Below are positions 32,512 through 34,964 of a stretch of DNA of 34,964 nt, piece by piece. Made by a program: the position numbers and the translations under genes. The stretch comes from Octopus bimaculoides (lineage: Eukaryota): the NCBI RefSeq assembly GCF_001194135.2, contig NC_068988.1, forward strand, positions 44,273,395-44,308,358, written 5' to 3'. The notes under the pieces were generated by a model. That model had not been told where the DNA came from and did no database searches. It worked only from the letters and a program-made list of their open reading frames with translations. Position 1 is the first letter of the stretch, and the number at the start of each line of letters is the position of its first letter.

Positions 32512-32730
32512 GGCGGCGAGCTGGCAGAAACGTTACCACGTCGGGCGAAATACATAGCAGTGTTTCGTCTGTTTTTATATTCTGAGTTCAAATTCCGCCG
32601 AGGTTAACTTTACCTTTCATCCTTTCGGGGTCAATAAATTAAGTACCACATGCGTACTGGGGTCAACCTAATCGACTGGGTCCCCTCCCCCCAAATTTCG
32701 GGCCTTGTGCCTAGAGTAGAAAAGAATATT
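32512..32730 (+). mobile_element. Young full-length Nin/Deu-domain tRNA SINE with TSD
   Basis: A box TGGCAGAAACG, B box GAGTTCAAATTCC, core CCTTTCATCCTTTCGGGGTCAATAAATTAAGTACCA. TSD AATATTCCCCATCAA (32495-32509) vs AATATTCCCATCAA (32725-32738). Confidence 0.92.
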
Positions 32731-32775
32731 CCCATCAATATCAAGTTTACAGGAAATATACCTATAAACACATGA

Positions 32776-32833
<58 letters not shown>

Positions 32834-33526
32834 GCATAATTGGGAACTTTTAAAAAGTTCGGTGAGTAATGGTAGCAGTTATGGAACAAGGCTGTTTAGT
32901 GAGATCTGACTCCAGCATTACTGGTTTCATTGTAGAAATGCAAGTATTAATTCTGAAACATAAGAAAAACCAAAATATGAGTTTTATTAATGGTAATTGC
33001 ATCTGAATGGAACAGAATTCTACGAGCTAGTCATACAAGTCTCAGCGGATTCCGGTAACTAATAATACTTAACAGAAGAGATTCTGATTGAATAATGCAA
33101 CAGACAAGAATCAACTCGTTTGAAATGGTGTTAAAACGTTTAGAACACATAATTTAAAATGAAATACCATGTTGACATGCATGGCATGCAAAAATACAAG
33201 ATACTCAAGCTGGTGGTTCATAGAACATGTGTGGTTTACAAAAGTGTGGGGAATAATAACTTCAATGAAACAGATGATGGCTTCATTCATCGAAAAATTT
33301 ATGTACATATTAACATAATATGACAGTTGTAAACCAATGCATAACAATGTCAGATGAAATAAAGCTGTTGTGATGATACAACAGAAATTACTAGCAAAGC
33401 CATGAAATGCCTGATGATATCAAAATCAAATAGCAGTTTGAAACCAGGACAAATAGTACAAGCAGTGGCTTAAAATACCTTTAATTAGAGAGCTGAAAAA
33501 AACCGTCCCTGTTTATTAAGTTTTGG

Positions 33527-33562
<36 letters not shown>

Positions 33563-33572
33563 NNNNNNNNNN

Positions 33573-33720
33573 GGTGTAAATAACAAAAGTATATATTAGT
33601 ATGACGCTCGGGAATACGGAAAGTATTTGACGTTTCGAGCTACGCTCTTCAACAGAAAGAATACGGAGACAAGGAGAAAACACGGAGAAAAAAAATTGAA
33701 TAGTGTTCAGTCAACGGTCA
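33573..33720 (-). mobile_element. Penelope-like element pLTR fragment with a minimal hammerhead-like motif
   Basis: Minus strand 33655-33629: CTGTTGA-A-GAGC-GTA-GCTC-GAAA-CGTC. Confidence 0.6.
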
Positions 33721-33788
33721 TTGCTGGACAGAGCTCTATTCTGCAAATATTTTGTTATGGTCTCTCTCTCTGCCTAAATATCAAATGT

Positions 33789-33822
<34 letters not shown>

Positions 33823-33891
33823 AATGTCGAACAATGAGAATGAGTGCTCACTGCCGTATTGGTGAATAAAAATTCTTTACTTGTGTATTAA

Positions 33892-34021
33892 GGCTACCAT
33901 TGGTTTCATGTTAAAAAATAATTTAAAAGCTTAAAATCTTTCAAGCTGATCACGTGGAGGAATGGCTTGAAAAATTGTTAAGATATAAAGATATATTCTT
34001 AACATGAAACCAATGGTAGCC
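33892..34021. mobile_element. 130-bp TTAA-flanked MITE with GG...CC termini (Kolobok-like)
   Basis: Perfect 31-bp inverted repeat (33884-33914 and 33999-34029) including TTAA at 33888-33891 and 34022-34025. Confidence 0.7.
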
Positions 34022-34926
34022 TTAATACATAAATGAAGTGTATGTGTGTGTGTGTGTGTTTGTATTATTGATAGATGCAATAGGCGCAGTGATGCAGTAG
34101 ATGTTAGTATTGACAGCTGATTATTTAACCTCTGTAGGATAATGTGATATGTAACAAGTAAATCAACAGAAAGAAAAAAGTTATTTCATACACATTTTAT
34201 TTATCTGTCACAACTCGTTGTTAGGAACAGTATACGAAAGTTGTAGTAGTCTGCTATTTTACAGTGGTAAGATGTTAGTAACGAGAAGGCTAGTACACTT
34301 TTGGTAATATTTGTGTCAGATGTTGGTGCTAGAGAGATAGGCAGGCTAGAAAGAGAAGGACGTGCGGCATTTAAAAGCGAAAATGAACTGTCTGAAAATA
34401 TTCGGCTAAGTGCCGGGTAAAAGAGAGTGGATACACTTTCGGCGAAGGTATTAACTCTGCTAAATGCTGAGTGAAAGTGAGAAGTATTTCCCCCCAACAA
34501 ATGCCAGATACAAAGAGGAAGAATTTTGTTTGAGTTCTGTATTTATACATTTTTTAAAGTTGGAAGTAGGTCGGAATAACAAAAGAAGGTGAATGAGTTC
34601 AACTTTGTTTAACTGTTACGAAAAATAACAGGGCTCATCTAAATATGACAGGTGACTTTCATAAATTTTCAAGTACAAATGCTGAGAAAAATCTTATGTA
34701 GAAAAATCTAGTTTTTCTTCTCATGATTTCTCATAGACCAGCATCCTAGTTTTTAAATGCATCTAACGATATGTACTGCGCCTGAAAGGTTGCGTGTAGA
34801 TACAAGGCATGTTATATAAATCTGCCAAATCATTGTATCTCTACAGCATGTAACTTTTAGCATCTCTTTTGTAAATTGAATATATTAAATGAGAGTACGT
34901 TTCTTTTACTTATCCTACAATAATGG

Positions 34927-34928
<2 letters not shown>

Positions 34929-34964
<36 letters not shown>
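34929..34964. repeat. (TA)n at the window end; similar tracts at 1-18, 12704-12730, 33528-33562 and 33790-33818
   Basis: Seen directly. Confidence 0.97.

Noticed and set aside
10083-32600. tRNA genes suggested by A/B-box motifs
   Set aside because: All are SINE heads lacking a complete cloverleaf and are followed by SINE body sequence.

Overview
AT-rich eukaryotic genomic DNA, dense in microsatellites and transposon debris, with seven assembly gaps (2190-3108, 7269-8094, 12036-12045, 12694-12703, 19080-19729, 28572-28648, 33563-33572). The repeat families (tRNA-headed CORE-type and Nin/Deu-type SINEs, RTE LINEs with (GAT)n tails, Dong/R4 LINE, mariner and piggyBac-type MITEs) look like those I know from octopus/coleoid cephalopod genomes; this taxon call is an inference. 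No named gene, rRNA, tRNA gene or CRISPR array is supportable. Most long ORFs in the track are artefacts of N runs or simple repeats. The recognisable coding fragments are all from transposons: RTE ORF (18.77-19.08 kb and 21.4-21.8 kb), Dong/R4 C-terminus (20.1-20.3 kb), a Tc1/mariner deletion derivative (16.15-16.98 kb) and mariner pieces (13.8-14.0 kb, 20.9-21.4 kb). Most worth follow-up: (1) a structured fold-back element at 9.45-10.0 kb with a duplicated module showing a compensatory base-pair change and a partial hammerhead-like fold; (2) an exact 183-bp copy of a decayed SINE interior inserted 4.4 kb downstream with a 5-bp target duplication and microhomology, inside a candidate exon; (3) a chain of phase-compatible small + strand exons at 25.7-32.3 kb encoding an unrecognised peptide; (4) a minimal Penelope-type hammerhead motif at 33.6 kb. 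I see no firm evidence for a new biological system; these are testable hypotheses.
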